Shown piece after piece: positions 1 through 13,196 of a stretch of 64,000 bases of DNA. Numbering within the stretch: the first letter of the stretch is position 1; every line of letters starts with the position of its first letter. The stretch comes from the human T2T-CHM13v2.0 reference genome, Homo sapiens. Location of the stretch: assembly GCF_009914755.1 (NCBI RefSeq), contig NC_060933.1; one strand, given 5' to 3'. Under the pieces are notes generated by a model. The model did no database searches. It had not been told where the DNA came from and saw nothing but the letters and a program-made list of their open reading frames with translations. Position numbers and translations under genes: made by a program.

Positions 1-56
1 TTTTGAAACACTCTTTTTGTGGAATCTGAAAGTGGATATTTGGATAGCTTTGAGGA

Positions 57-73
57 TTTCGTTGGAAACGGGA
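57..73 (+). promoter_or_regulatory. CENP-B box (representative; monomer 1 of every tetramer)
   Basis: TTTCGTTGGAAACGGGA matches the 17-bp consensus YTTCGTTGGAARCGGGA. Confidence 0.97.
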
Positions 74-223
74 TTACATATAAAACCTAGAGAGAAGCAT
101 TCTCAGGAACTTCTTTGTGATGTTTGCCTTCAAGTCACAGGACTGAACATTCCCTTTCATAGAGCAGGTTTGAAACACTCTTTCTGTAGTATCTGCAAGC
201 TGACGTTTCAAGCGCTTTCAGGC

Positions 224-240
224 CTATGGTGAGAAAGGAA
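224..240 (+). promoter_or_regulatory. pJ-alpha-type box (representative; A-type monomer, same position as the CENP-B box in B-type monomers)
   Basis: CTATGGTGAGAAAGGAA resembles the pJ-alpha motif (reverse complement of TTCCTTTTYCACCRTAG, one mismatch). Confidence 0.75.
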
Positions 241-394
241 ATATCTTCAAGTAAAAACTAGACAGAAGCATTCTCAGAAACTTATTTGCCATGTGTGTTC
301 TCAACTAACAGAGTTGAACCTTTGTTTTGATACGGCATTTTGGAAACACTCTTTTTGTAGAATCTGCAGGTGGATATTCGGATAGCTTTGAAGG

Positions 395-411
395 TTTCGT
401 TGGAAACGGGA
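395..411 (+). promoter_or_regulatory. CENP-B box (representative; monomer 3 of every tetramer)
   Basis: TTTCGTTGGAAACGGGA, 338 bp after the previous box, i.e. every second monomer. Confidence 0.97.
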
Positions 412-2096
412 ATATCTTCATATAAAATCTAGACGGAAGCATTCTCAGAAACTGCTTTGTGATGTTTTCATTCAAGTCACAGAGTAGAATGTTCCCTGTT
501 ATATACCAGGTTTGAGACACTCTTTCTGCACTACCCGGAAGTGGACGTTTGGAGCGCTTTGAGGCCTATGTTGAAAAAGGAAATATCTTCCCATAAAAAC
601 TAGACAGAAGCATTCTCAGAAACTTGTTTGTGATGTGTGTATTCAACTAACAGAGATGAACCTTTCTTTTTACAGAGCAGTTTTGAAACACTCTTTTTGT
701 GGAATCTGAAAGTGGATATTTGGATAGCTTTGAGGATTTCGTTGGAAACGGGATTACATATAAAATCTAGAGAGAAGCATTCTCAGGAACTTCTTTGTGA
801 TGTTTGCATTCACGTCACAGAACTGAACATTCCCTTTCATAGAGCATGTTTGAAACACTCTTTCTGTAGTATCTGCAAACGGACATTTCAAACGCTTTCA
901 GGCCTATGGTGAGAAAGGAAATATCTTCAAGTAAAAACTAGACAGAAGCATTCTCAGAAACTTATTTGCGATGTGTGTCCTCAACTAACAGAGTTGAACC
1001 TTTCTTTTGATACAACATTTTGGAAACACTCTTTTTGTAGAATCTGCAAGTGGATATTTGAATAGCTTTGAAGGTTTCGTTGGAAACGGGAATATCTTCA
1101 TATAAAATCAAGACAGAAGCATTCTCAGAAACTTCTCTGTGATGTTTGCATTCAACTCATAGAGTTGAACACTTCCCTTCATACAGCAGGTTTGAAACAC
1201 TCTTTTTGTAATATTTGGAAGTGGACATTTGCAGCGCTTTGAGGCCTATGATGAAAAAGGTAATATCTTCCCATAAAAACTAGACAGAAGCATTCTCAGA
1301 AACTTGTTTGTGATGTGTGTATTCAACTAACAGAGATGAACCTTTCTTTTTACAGAGCAGTTTTGAAACACTCTTTTTGTGGAATCTGAAAGTGGATATT
1401 TGGATAGCTTTGCGGATTTCGTTGGAAACGGGATTACATATAAAATCTAGGGAGAAGCACTCTCAGGAACTTCTTTGTGATGTTTGCATTCAAGTCACAG
1501 AACTGAACATTCCCTTTCATAGAGCAGGTTTGAAACACTCTTTCTGTAGTATCTGCAAGCGGACGTTTTAAGCGCTTTCAGGCCTGTGGTGAGAAAGGAA
1601 ATATCTTCAAATAAAAACTAGACAGAAGCATTCTCAGAAACTTATTTGCGATGTGTGTCCTCAACTAACAGAGTTGAACCTTTCTTTTGATACAACATTT
1701 TGGAAACACTCTTTTTGTAGAATCTGCAAGTGGATATTTGGATAGCTTTGAAGGTTTCGTTGGAAACGGGAATATCTTCATATGAAATCAAGACAGAAGC
1801 ATTCTCAGAAACTTCTCTGTGATGTTTGCATTCAACTCATAGAGTTGAACACTTCCCTTCATACAGCAGGTTTGAAACACTCTTTTTCTAATATTTGGAA
1901 GTGGACATTTGCAGCGCTTTGAGGCCTATGTTGAAAAAGGAAATATCTTCTCCTAAAAACCAGACAGAAGCATTCTCAGAAACTTCCTTGTGATGTGTGT
2001 ACTCAAGTAACAGAGTTGAACCTTCCTTTTGACAGAGCAGTTTTGAAGCACTCTTTTTGTAGAATCTGCAAGTGGATATTTTGATACCTTTGAGGA

Positions 2097-2113
2097 TTTC
2101 GTTGGACACGGGA
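2097..2113 (+). promoter_or_regulatory. Variant CENP-B box in trimer monomer T1 (core intact; representative)
   Basis: TTTCGTTGGACACGGGA keeps the nine core bases NTTCGNNNNANNCGGGN. Confidence 0.8.
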
Positions 2114-2266
2114 TATCTTCATATAAAATCTAGACAGAAGCATTCTCAGAAACTTCTTTGTGCTGTATGTCCTCAATTAACAGAGTTGAACCTTTGTGTG
2201 GATACAGCATTTTGGAAACATTCCTTTAGTAGAATCTGCAAGTTGATATTTAGATAGCTAGGAAGA

Positions 2267-2283
2267 TTTCCTTGGAAACGGGA
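2267..2283 (+). promoter_or_regulatory. Degenerate CENP-B box in trimer monomer T2 (predicted non-binding; representative)
   Basis: TTTCCTTGGAAACGGGA: core TTCG changed to TTCC in all copies read. Confidence 0.8.
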
Positions 2284-2482
2284 ATATCTTCATATAAAAT
2301 CTAGACGGAAGCATTCTCAGAAAGTGCTTTGTGATGTTTGCATTCAAGTCACAGAGTTGAATATTCCCTTTTATAGAGCAGGTTTGAAACACTCTTTCTG
2401 TACTACCTGGAAGTGGACATTTGGAGCGCTTTGAGGCCTATGTTGAAAAACGAAATATCTTCCCATAAAAACTAGACAGAAG

Positions 2483-4354
2483 CATTCTCAGAAACTTGTT
2501 TGTGATGTGTGTATTCAACTAACAGAGATGAACCTTTCTTTTTACAGAGCAGTTTTGAAACACTCTTTTTGTGGAATCTGAAAGTGGATATTTGGATAGC
2601 TTTGAGGATTTCGTTGGAAACGGGATTACATATAAAACCTAGAGAGAAGCATTCTCAGGAACTTCTTTGTGATGTTTGCCTTCAAGTCACAGGACTGAAC
2701 ATTCCCTTTCATAGAGCAGGTTTGAAACACTCTTTCTGTAGTATCTGCAAACGGACGTTTCAAGCGCTTTCAGGCCTATGGTGAGAAAGGAAATATCTTC
2801 AAGTAAAAACTAGACAGAAGCATTCTCAGAAACTTATTTGCGATGTGTGTCCTCAACTAACAGAGTTGAACCTTTCTTTTGATACAACATTTTGGAAACA
2901 CTCTTTTTGTAGAATCAGCAAGTGGATATTTGAATAGCTTTGAAGGTTTCGTTGGAAACGGGAATATCTTCATATAAAATCAAGACAGAAGCATTCTCAG
3001 AAACTTCTCGGTGATGTTTGCATTCAACTCATAGAGTTGAACACTTCCCTTCATACAGCAGGTTTGAAACACTCTTTTTGTAATATTTGGAAGTGGACAT
3101 TTGCAGCGCTTTGAGGCCTATGATGAAAAAGGTAATATCTTCCCATAAAAACTAGACAGAAGCATTCTCAGAAACTTGTTTGTGATGTGTGTATTCAACT
3201 AACAGAGATGAACCTTTCTTTTTACAGAGCAGTTTTGAAACACTCTTTTTGTGGAATCTGAAAGTGGATATTTGGATAGCTTTGCGGATTTCGTTGGAAA
3301 CGGGATTACATATAAAATCTAGGGAGAAGCATTCTCAGGAACTTCTTTGTGATGTTTGCATTCAAGTCACAGAACTGAACATTCCCTTTCATAGAGCAGG
3401 TTTGAAACACTCTTTCTGTAGTATCTGCAAGCGGACGTTTTAAGCGCTTTCAGGCCTGTGGTGAGAAAGGAAATATCTTCAAATAAAAACTAGACAGAAG
3501 CATTCTCAGAAACTTATTTGCGATGTGTGTCCTCAACTAACAGAGTTGAACCTTTCTTTTGATACAACATTTTGGAAACACTCTTTTTGTAGAATCTGCA
3601 AGTGGATATTTGGATAGCTTTGAAGGTTTCGTTGGAAACGGGAATATCTTCATATGAAATCAAGACAGAAGCATTCTCAGAAACTTCTCTGTGATGTTTG
3701 CATTCAACTCATAGAGTTGAACACTTCCCTTCATACAGCAGGTTTGAAACACTCTTTTTCTAATATTTGGAAGTGGACATTTGCAGCGCTTTGAGGCCTA
3801 TGTTGAAAAGGGAAATATCTTCTCCTAAAAACCAGACAGAAGCATTCTCAGAAACTTCCTTGTGATGTGTGTACTCAAGTAACAGAGTTGAACCTTCCTT
3901 TTGACAGAGCAGTTTTGAAGCACTCTTTTTGTAGAATCTGCAAGTGGATATTTTGATACCTTTGAGGATTTCGTTGGACACGGGATATCTTCATATAAAA
4001 TCTAGACAGAAGCATTCTCAGAAACTTCTTTGTGCTGTATGTCCTCAATTAACAGAGTTGAACCTTTGTGTGGATACAGCATTTTGGAAACATTCCTTTA
4101 GTAGAATCTGCAAGTTGATATTTAGATAGCTAGGAAGATTTCCTTGGAAACGGGAATATCTTCATATAAAATCTAGACGGAAGCATTCTCAGAAAGTGCT
4201 TTGTGATGTTTGCATTCAAGTCACAGAGTTGAATATTCCCTTTTATAGAGCAGGTTTGAAACACTCTTTCTGCACTACCTGGAAGTGGACATTTGGAGCG
4301 CTTTGAGGCCTATGTTGAAAAACGAAATATCTTCCCATAAAAACTAGACAGAAG
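2483..4354 (+). repeat. HOR U2: 11-mer (A/B hybrid)-C-T, 1872 bp
   Basis: Marker ORF spacing 2509->4381; A-type monomers 1-2, B-type monomers 3-4. Confidence 0.9.
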
Positions 4355-6906
4355 CATTCTCAGAAACTTGTTTGTGATGTGTGTATTCAACTAACAGAGA
4401 TGAACCTTTCTTTTTACAGAGCAGTTTTGAAACACTCTTTTTGTGGAATCTGAAAGTGGATATTTGGATAGCTTTGAGGATTTCGTTGGAAACGGGATTA
4501 CATATAAAACCTAGAGAGAAGCATTCTCAGGAACTTCTTTGTGATGTTTGCCTTCAAGTCACAGGACTGAACATTCCCTTTCATAGAGCAGGTTTGAAAC
4601 ACTCTTTCTGTAGTATCTGCAAGCTGACGTTTCAAGCGCTTTCAGGCCTATGGTGAGAAAGGAAATATCTTCAAGTAAAAACTAGACAGAAGCATTCTCA
4701 GAAACTTATTTGCCATGTGTGTTCTCAACTAACAGAGTTGAACCTTTGTTTTGATACGGCATTTTGGAAACACTCTTTTTGTAGAATCTGCAGGTGGATA
4801 TTCGGATAGCTTTGAAGGTTTCGTTGGAAACGGGAATATCTTCATATAAAATCTAGACGGAAGCATTCTCAGAAACTGCTTTGTGATGTTTTCATTCAAG
4901 TCACAGAGTAGAATGTTCCCTGTTATATACCAGGTTTGAGACACTCTTTCTGCACTACCCGGAAGTGGACGTTTGGAGCGCTTTGAGGCCTATGTTGAAA
5001 AAGGAAATATCTTCCCATAAAAACTAGACAGAAGCATTCTCAGAAACTTGTTTGTGATGTGTGTATTCAACTAACAGAGATGAACCTTTCTTTTTACAGA
5101 GCAGTTTTGAAACACTCTTTTTGTGGAATCTGAAAGTGGATATTTGGATAGCTTTGAGGATTTCGTTGGAAACGGGATTACATATAAAATCTAGAGAGAA
5201 GCATTCTCAGGAACTTCTTTGTGATGTTTGCATTCACGTCACAGAACTGAACATTCCCTTTCATAGAGCATGTTTGAAACACTCTTTCTGTAGTATCTGC
5301 AAACGGACATTTCAAACGCTTTCAGGCCTATGGTGAGAAAGGAAATATCTTCAAGTAAAAACTAGACAGAAGCATTCTCAGAAACTTATTTGCGATGTGT
5401 GTCCTCAACTAACAGAGTTGAACCTTTCTTTTGATACAACATTTTGGAAACACTCTTTTTGTAGAATCTGCAAGTGGATATTTGAATAGCTTTGAAGGTT
5501 TCGTTGGAAACGGGAATATCTTCATATAAAATCAAGACAGAAGCATTCTCAGAAACTTCTCTGTGATGTTTGCATTCAACTCATAGAGTTGAACACTTCC
5601 CTTCATACAGCAGGTTTGAAACACTCTTTTTGTAATATTTGGAAGTGGACATTTGCAGCGCTTTGAGGCCTATGATGAAAAAGGTAATATCTTCCCATAA
5701 AAACTAGACAGAAGCATTCTCAGAAACTTGTTTGTGATGTGTGTATTCAACTAACAGAGATGAACCTTTCTTTTTACAGAGCAGTTTTGAAACACTCTTT
5801 TTGTGGAATCTGAAAGTGGATATTTGGATAGCTTTGCGGATTTCGTTGGAAACGGGATTACATATAAAATCTAGGGAGAAGCACTCTCAGGAACTTCTTT
5901 GTGATGTTTGCATTCAAGTCACAGAACTGAACATTCCCTTTCATAGAGCAGGTTTGAAACACTCTTTCTGTAGTATCTGCAAGCGGACGTTTTAAGCGCT
6001 TTCAGGCCTGTGGTGAGAAAGGAAATATCTTCAAATAAAAACTAGACAGAAGCATTCTCAGAAACTTATTTGCGATGTGTGTCCTCAACTAACAGAGTTG
6101 AACCTTTCTTTTGATACAACATTTTGGAAACACTCTTTTTGTAGAATCTGCAAGTGGATATTTGGATAGCTTTGAAGGTTTCGTTGGAAACGGGAATATC
6201 TTCATATGAAATCAAGACAGAAGCATTCTCAGAAACTTCTCTGTGATGTTTGCATTCAACTCATAGAGTTGAACACTTCCCTTCATACAGCAGGTTTGAA
6301 ACACTCTTTTTCTAATATTTGGAAGTGGACATTTGCAGCGCTTTGAGGCCTATGTTGAAAAAGGAAATATCTTCTCCTAAAAACCAGACAGAAGCATTCT
6401 CAGAAACTTCCTTGTGATGTGTGTACTCAAGTAACAGAGTTGAACCTTCCTTTTGACAGAGCAGTTTTGAAGCACTCTTTTTGTAGAATCTGCAAGTGGA
6501 TATTTTGATACCTTTGAGGATTTCGTTGGACACGGGATATCTTCATATAAAATCTAGACAGAAGCATTCTCAGAAACTTCTTTGTGCTGTATGTCCTCAA
6601 TTAACAGAGTTGAACCTTTGTGTGGATACAGCATTTTGGAAACATTCCTTTAGTAGAATCTGCAAGTTGATATTTAGATAGCTAGGAAGATTTCCTTGGA
6701 AACGGGAATATCTTCATATAAAATCTAGACGGAAGCATTCTCAGAAAGTGCTTTGTGATGTTTGCATTCAAGTCACAGAGTTGAATATTCCCTTTTATAG
6801 AGCAGGTTTGAAACACTCTTTCTGCACTACCTGGAAGTGGACATTTGGAGCGCTTTGAGGCCTATGTTGAAAAACGAAATATCTTCCCATAAAAACTAGA
6901 CAGAAG
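4355..6906 (+). repeat. HOR U3: 15-mer A-B-C-T, 2552 bp
   Basis: Marker spacing 4381->6933. Confidence 0.9.
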
Positions 6907-9455
6907 CATTCTCAGAAACTTGTTTGTGATGTGTGTATTCAACTAACAGAGATGAACCTTTCTTTTTACAGAGCAGTTTTGAAACACTCTTTTTGTGGAA
7001 TCTGAAAGTGGATATTTGGATAGCTTTGAGGATTTCGTTGGAAACGGGATTACATATAAAACCTAGAGAGAAGCATTCTCAGGAACTTCTTTGTGATGTT
7101 TGCCTTCAAGTCACAGGACTGAACATTCCCTTTCATAGAGCAGGTTTGAAACACTCTTTCTGTAGTATCTGCAAGCTGACGTTTCAAGCGCTTTCAGGCC
7201 TATGGTGAGAAAGGAAATATCTTCAAGTAAAAACTAGACAGAAGCATTCTCAGAAACTTATTTGCCATGTGTGTTCTCAACTAACAGAGTTGAACCTTTG
7301 TTTTGATACGGCATTTTGGAAACACTCTTTTTGTAGAATCTGCAGGTGGATATTCGGATAGCTTTGAAGGTTTCGTTGGAAACGGGAATATCTTCATATA
7401 AAATCTAGACGGAAGCATTCTCAGAAACTGCTTTGTGATGTTTTCATTCAAGTCACAGAGTAGAATGTTCCCTGTTATATACCAGGTTTGAGACACTCTT
7501 TCTGCACTACCCGGAAGTGGACGTTTGGAGCGCTTTGAGGCCTATGTTGAAAAAGGAAATATCTTCCCATAAAAACTAGACAGAAGCATTCTCAGAAACT
7601 TGTTTGTGATGTGTGTATTCAACTAACAGAGATGAACCTTTCTTTTTACAGAGCAGTTTTGAAACACTCTTTTTGTGGAATCTGAAAGTGGATATTTGGA
7701 TAGCTTTGAGGATTTCGTTGGAAACGGGATTACATATAAAATCTAGAGAGAAGCATTCTCAGGAACTTCTTTGTGATGTTTGCATTCACGTCACAGAACT
7801 GAACATTCCCTTTCATAGAGCATGTTTGAAACACTCTTTCTGTAGTATCTGCAAACGGACATTTCAAACGCTTTCAGGCCTATGGTGAGAAAGGAAATAT
7901 CTTCAAGTAAAAACTAGACAGAAGCATTCTCAGAAACTTATTTGCGATGTGTGTCCTCAACTAACAGAGTTGAACCTTTCTTTTGATACAACATTTTGGA
8001 AACACTCTTTTTGTAGAATCTGCAAGTGGATATTTGAATAGCTTTGAAGGTTTCGTTGGAAACGGGAATATCTTCATATAAAATCAAGACAGAAGCATTC
8101 TCAGAAACTTCTCTGTGATGTTTGCATTCAACTCATAGAGTTGAACACTTCCCTTCATACAGCAGGTTTGAAACACTCTTTTTGTAATATTTGGAAGTGG
8201 ACATTTGCAGCGCTTTGAGGCCTATGATGAAAAAGGTAATATCTTCCCATAAAAACTAGACAGAAGCATTCTCAGAAACTTGTTTGTGATGTGTGTATTC
8301 AACTAACAGAGATGAACCTTTCTTTTTACAGAGCAGTTTTGAAACACTCTTTTTGTGGAATCTGAAAGTGGATATTTGGATAGCTTTGCGGATTTCGTTG
8401 GAAACGGGATTACATATAAAATCTAGGGAGAAGCATTCTCAGGAACTTCTTTGTGATGTTTGCATTCAAGTCACAGAACTGAACATTCCCTTTCATAGAG
8501 CAGGTTTGAAACACTCTTTCTGTAGTATCTGCAAGCGGACGTTTTAAGCGCTTTCAGGCCTGTGGTGAGAAAGGAAATATCTTCAAATAAAAACTAGACA
8601 GAAGCATTCTCAGAAACTTATTTGCGATGTGTGTCCTCAACTAACAGAGTTGAACCTTTCTTTTGATACAACATTTTGGAAACACTCTTTTTGTAGAATC
8701 TGCAAGTGGATATTTGGATAGCTTTGAAGGTTTCGTTGGAAACGGGAATATCTTCATATGAAATCAAGACAGAAGCATTCTCAGAAACTTCTCTGTGATG
8801 TTTGCATTCAACTCATAGAGTTGAACACTTCCCTTCATACAGCAGGTTTGAAACACTCTTTTTCTAATATTTGGAAGTGGACATTTGCAGCGCTTTGAGG
8901 CCTATGTTGAAAAAGGAAATATCTTCTAAAAACCAGACAGAAGCATTCTCAGAAACTTCCTTGTGATGTGTGTACTCAAGTAACAGAGTTGAACCTTCCT
9001 TTTGACAGAGCAGTTTTGAAGCACTCTTTTTGTAGAATCTGCAAGTGGATATTTTGATACCTTTGAGGATTTCGTTGGACACGGGATATCTTCATATAAA
9101 ATCTAGACAGAAGCATTCTCAGAAACTTCTTTGTGCTGTATGTCCTCAATTAACAGAGTTGAACCTTTGTGTGGATACAGCATTTTGGAAACATTCCTTT
9201 AGTAGAATCTGCAAGTTGATATTTAGATAGCTAGGAAGATTTCCTTGGAAACGGGAATATCTTCATATAAAATCTAGACGGAAGCATTCTCAGAAAGTGC
9301 TTTGTGATGTTTGCATTCAAGTCACAGAGTTGAATATTCCCTTTTATAGAGCAGGTTTGAAACACTCTTTCTGCACTACCCGGAAGTGGACATTTGGAGC
9401 GCTTTGAGGCCTATGTTGAAAAAGGAAATATCTTCCCATAAAAACTAGACAGAAG
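6907..9455 (+). repeat. HOR U4: 15-mer with 3-bp deletion, 2549 bp
   Basis: Spacing 6933->9482; TCTTCTAAAAACC at ~8927. Confidence 0.9.
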
Positions 9456-11324
9456 CATTCTCAGAAACTTGTTTGTGATGTGTGTATTCAACTAACAGAG
9501 ATGAACCTTTCTTTTTACAGAGCAGTTTTGAAACACTCTTTTTGTGGAATCTGAAAGTGGATATTTGGATAGCTTTGAGGATTTCGTTGGAAACGGGATT
9601 ACATATAAAATCTAGAGAGAAGCATTCTCAGGAACTTCTTTGTGATGTTTGCATTCACGTCACAGAACTGAACATTCCCTTTCATAGAGCATGTTTGAAA
9701 CACTCTTTCTGTAGTATCTGCAAACGGACATTTCAAACGCTTTCAGGCCTATGGTGAGAAAGGAAATATCTTCAAGTAAAAACTAGACAGAAGCATTCTC
9801 AGAAACTTATTTGCGATGTGTGTCCTCAACTAACAGAGTTGAACCTTTCTTTTGATACAACATTTTGGAAACACTCTTTTTGTAGAATCAGCAAGTGGAT
9901 ATTTGAATAGCTTTGAAGGTTTCGTTGGAAACGGGAATATCTTCATATAAAATCAAGACAGAAGCATTCTCAGAAACTTCTCTGTGATGTTTGCATTCAA
10001 CTCATAGAGTTGAACACTTCCCTTCATACAGCAGGTTTGAAACACTCTTTTTGTAATATTTGGAAGTGGACATTTGCAGCGCTTTGAGGCCTATGATGAA
10101 AAAGGTAATATGTTCCCATAAAAACTAGACAGAAGCATTCTCAGAAACTTGTTTGTGATGTGTGTATTCAACTAACAGAGATGAACCTTTCTTTTTACAG
10201 AGCAGTTTTGAAACACTCTTTTTGTGGAATCTGAAAGTGGATATTTGGATAGCTTTGCGGATTTCGTTGGAAACGGGATTACATATAAAATCTAGGGAGA
10301 AGCATTCTCAGGAACTTCTTTGTGATGTTTGCATTCAAGTCACAGAACTGAACATTCCCTTTCATAGAGCAGGTTTGAAACACTCTTTCTGTAGTATCTG
10401 CAAGCGGACGTTTTAAGCGCTTTCAGGCCTGTGGTGAGAAAGGAAATATCTTCAAATAAAAACTAGACAGAAGCATTCTCAGAAACTTATTTGCGATGTG
10501 TGTCCTCAACTAACAGAGTTGAACCTTTCTTTTGATACAACATTTTGGAAACACTCTTTTTGTAGAATCTGCAAGTGGATATTTGGATAGCTTTGAAGGT
10601 TTCGTTGGAAACGGGAATATCTTCATATGAAATCAAGACAGAAGCATTCTCAGAAACTTCTCTGTGATGTTTGCATTCAACTCATAGAGTTGAACACTTC
10701 CCTTCATACAGCAGGTTTGAAACACTCTTTTTCTAATATTTGGAAGTGGACATTTGCAGCGCTTTGAGGCCTATGTTGAAAAAGGAAATATCTTCTAAAA
10801 ACCAGACAGAAGCATTCTCAGAAACTTCCTTGTGATGTGTGTACTCAAGTAACAGAGTTGAACCTTCCTTTTGACAGAGCAGTTTTGAAGCACTCTTTTT
10901 GTAGAATCTGCAAGTGGATATTTTGATACCTTTGAGGATTTCGTTGGACACGGGATATCTTCATATAAAATCTAGACAGAAGCATTCTCAGAAACTTCTT
11001 TGTGCTGTATGTCCTCAATTAACAGAGTTGAACCTTTGTGTGGATACAGCATTTTGGAAACATTCCTTTAGTAGAATCTGCAAGTTGATATTTAGATAGC
11101 TAGGAAGATTTCCTTGGAAACGGGAATATCTTCATATAAAATCTAGACGGAAGCATTCTCAGAAAGTGCTTTGTGATGTTTGCATTCAAGTCACAGAGTT
11201 GAATATTCCCTTTTATAGAGCAGGTTTGAAACACTCTTTCTGCACTACCCGGAAGTGGACATTTGGAGCGCTTTGAGGCCTATGTTGAAAAAGGAAATAT
11301 CTTCCCATAAAAACTAGACAGAAG
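9456..11324 (+). repeat. HOR U5: 11-mer B-C-T with 3-bp deletion, 1869 bp
   Basis: Spacing 9482->11351; deletion at ~10796. Confidence 0.9.
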
Positions 11325-13196
11325 CATTCTCAGAAACTTGTTTGTGATGTGTGTATTCAACTAACAGAGATGAACCTTTCTTTTTACAGAGCAGTTTTGA
11401 AACACTCTTTTTGTGGAATCTGAAAGTGGATATTTGGATAGCTTTGAGGATTTCGTTGGAAACGGGATTACATATAAAATCTAGAGAGAAGCATTCTCAG
11501 GAACTTCTTTGTGATGTTTGCATTCACGTCACAGAACTGAACATTCCCTTTCATAGAGCATGTTTGAAACACTCTTTCTGTAGTATCTGCAAACGGACAT
11601 TTCAAACGCTTTCAGGCCTATGGTGAGAAAGGAAATATCTTCAAGTAAAAACTAGACAGAAGCATTCTCAGAAACTTATTTGCGATGTGTGTCCTCAACT
11701 AACAGAGTTGAACCTTTCTTTTGATACAACATTTTGGAAACACTCTTTTTGTAGAATCTGCAAGTGGATATTTGAATAGCTTTGAAGGTTTCGTTGGAAA
11801 CGGGAATATCTTCATATAAAATCAAGACAGAAGCATTCTCAGAAACTTCTCTGTGATGTTTGCATTCAACTCATAGAGTTGAACACTTCCCTTCATACAG
11901 CAGGTTTGAAACACTCTTTTTGTAATATTTGGAAGTGGACATTTGCAGCGCTTTGAGGCCTATGATGAAAAAGGTAATATCTTCCCATAAAAACTAGACA
12001 GAAGCATTCTCAGAAACTTGTTTGTGATGTGTGTATTCAACTAACAGAGATGAACCTTTCTTTTTACAGAGCAGTTTTGAAACACTCTTTTTGTGGAATC
12101 TGAAAGTGGATATTTGGATAGCTTTGCGGATTTCGTTGGAAACGGGATTACATATAAAATCTAGGGAGAAGCACTCTCAGGAACTTCTTTGTGATGTTTG
12201 CATTCAAGTCACAGAACTGAACATTCCCTTTCATAGAGCAGGTTTGAAACACTCTTTCTGTAGTATCTGCAAGCGGACGTTTTAAGCGCTTTCAGGCCTG
12301 TGGTGAGAAAGGAAATATCTTCAAATAAAAACTAGACAGAAGCATTCTCAGAAACTTATTTGCGATGTGTGTCCTCAACTAACAGAGTTGAACCTTTCTT
12401 TTGATACAACATTTTGGAAACACTCTTTTTGTAGAATCTGCAAGTGGATATTTGGATAGCTTTGAAGGTTTCGTTGGAAACGGGAATATCTTCATATGAA
12501 ATCAAGACAGAAGCATTCTCAGAAACTTCTCTGTGATGTTTGCATTCAACTCATAGAGTTGAACACTTCCCTTCATACAGCAGGTTTGAAACACTCTTTT
12601 TCTAATATTTGGAAGTGGACATTTGCAGCGCTTTGAGGCCTATGTTGAAAAAGGAAATATCTTCTCCTAAAAACCAGACAGAAGCATTCTCAGAAACTTC
12701 CTTGTGATGTGTGTACTCAAGTAACAGAGTTGAACCTTCCTTTTGACAGAGCAGTTTTGAAGCACTCTTTTTGTAGAATCTGCAAGTGGATATTTTGATA
12801 CCTTTGAGGATTTCGTTGGACACGGGATATCTTCATATAAAATCTAGACAGAAGCATTCTCAGAAACTTCTTTGTGCTGTATGTCCTCAATTAACAGAGT
12901 TGAACCTTTGTGTGGATACAGCATTTTGGAAACATTCCTTTAGTAGAATCTGCAAGTTGATATTTAGATAGCTAGGAAGATTTCCTTGGAAACGGGAATA
13001 TCTTCATATAAAATCTAGACGGAAGCATTCTCAGAAAGTGCTTTGTGATGTTTGCATTCAAGTCACAGAGTTGAATATTCCCTTTTATAGAGCAGGTTTG
13101 AAACACTCTTTCTGCACTACCTGGAAGTGGACATTTGGAGCGCTTTGAGGCCTATGTTGAAAAACGAAATATCTTCCCATAAAAACTAGACAGAAG
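11325..13196 (+). repeat. HOR U6: 11-mer B-C-T, 1872 bp
   Basis: Spacing 11351->13223. Confidence 0.9.

Larger units (their letters stand above)
1..2482 (+). repeat. HOR U1: 15-mer A-B-C-T, truncated at window start
   Basis: B starts 611, C 1291, trimer 1971-2482; monomer starts taken at CATTCTCAG. Confidence 0.9.

Noticed and set aside
271-279. TTCTCAGAA dyad matching a STAT/GAS-type motif (TTCN3GAA) in most monomers
   Set aside because: It is part of the general alpha-satellite consensus and too short to imply function, so it is not specific to this window.
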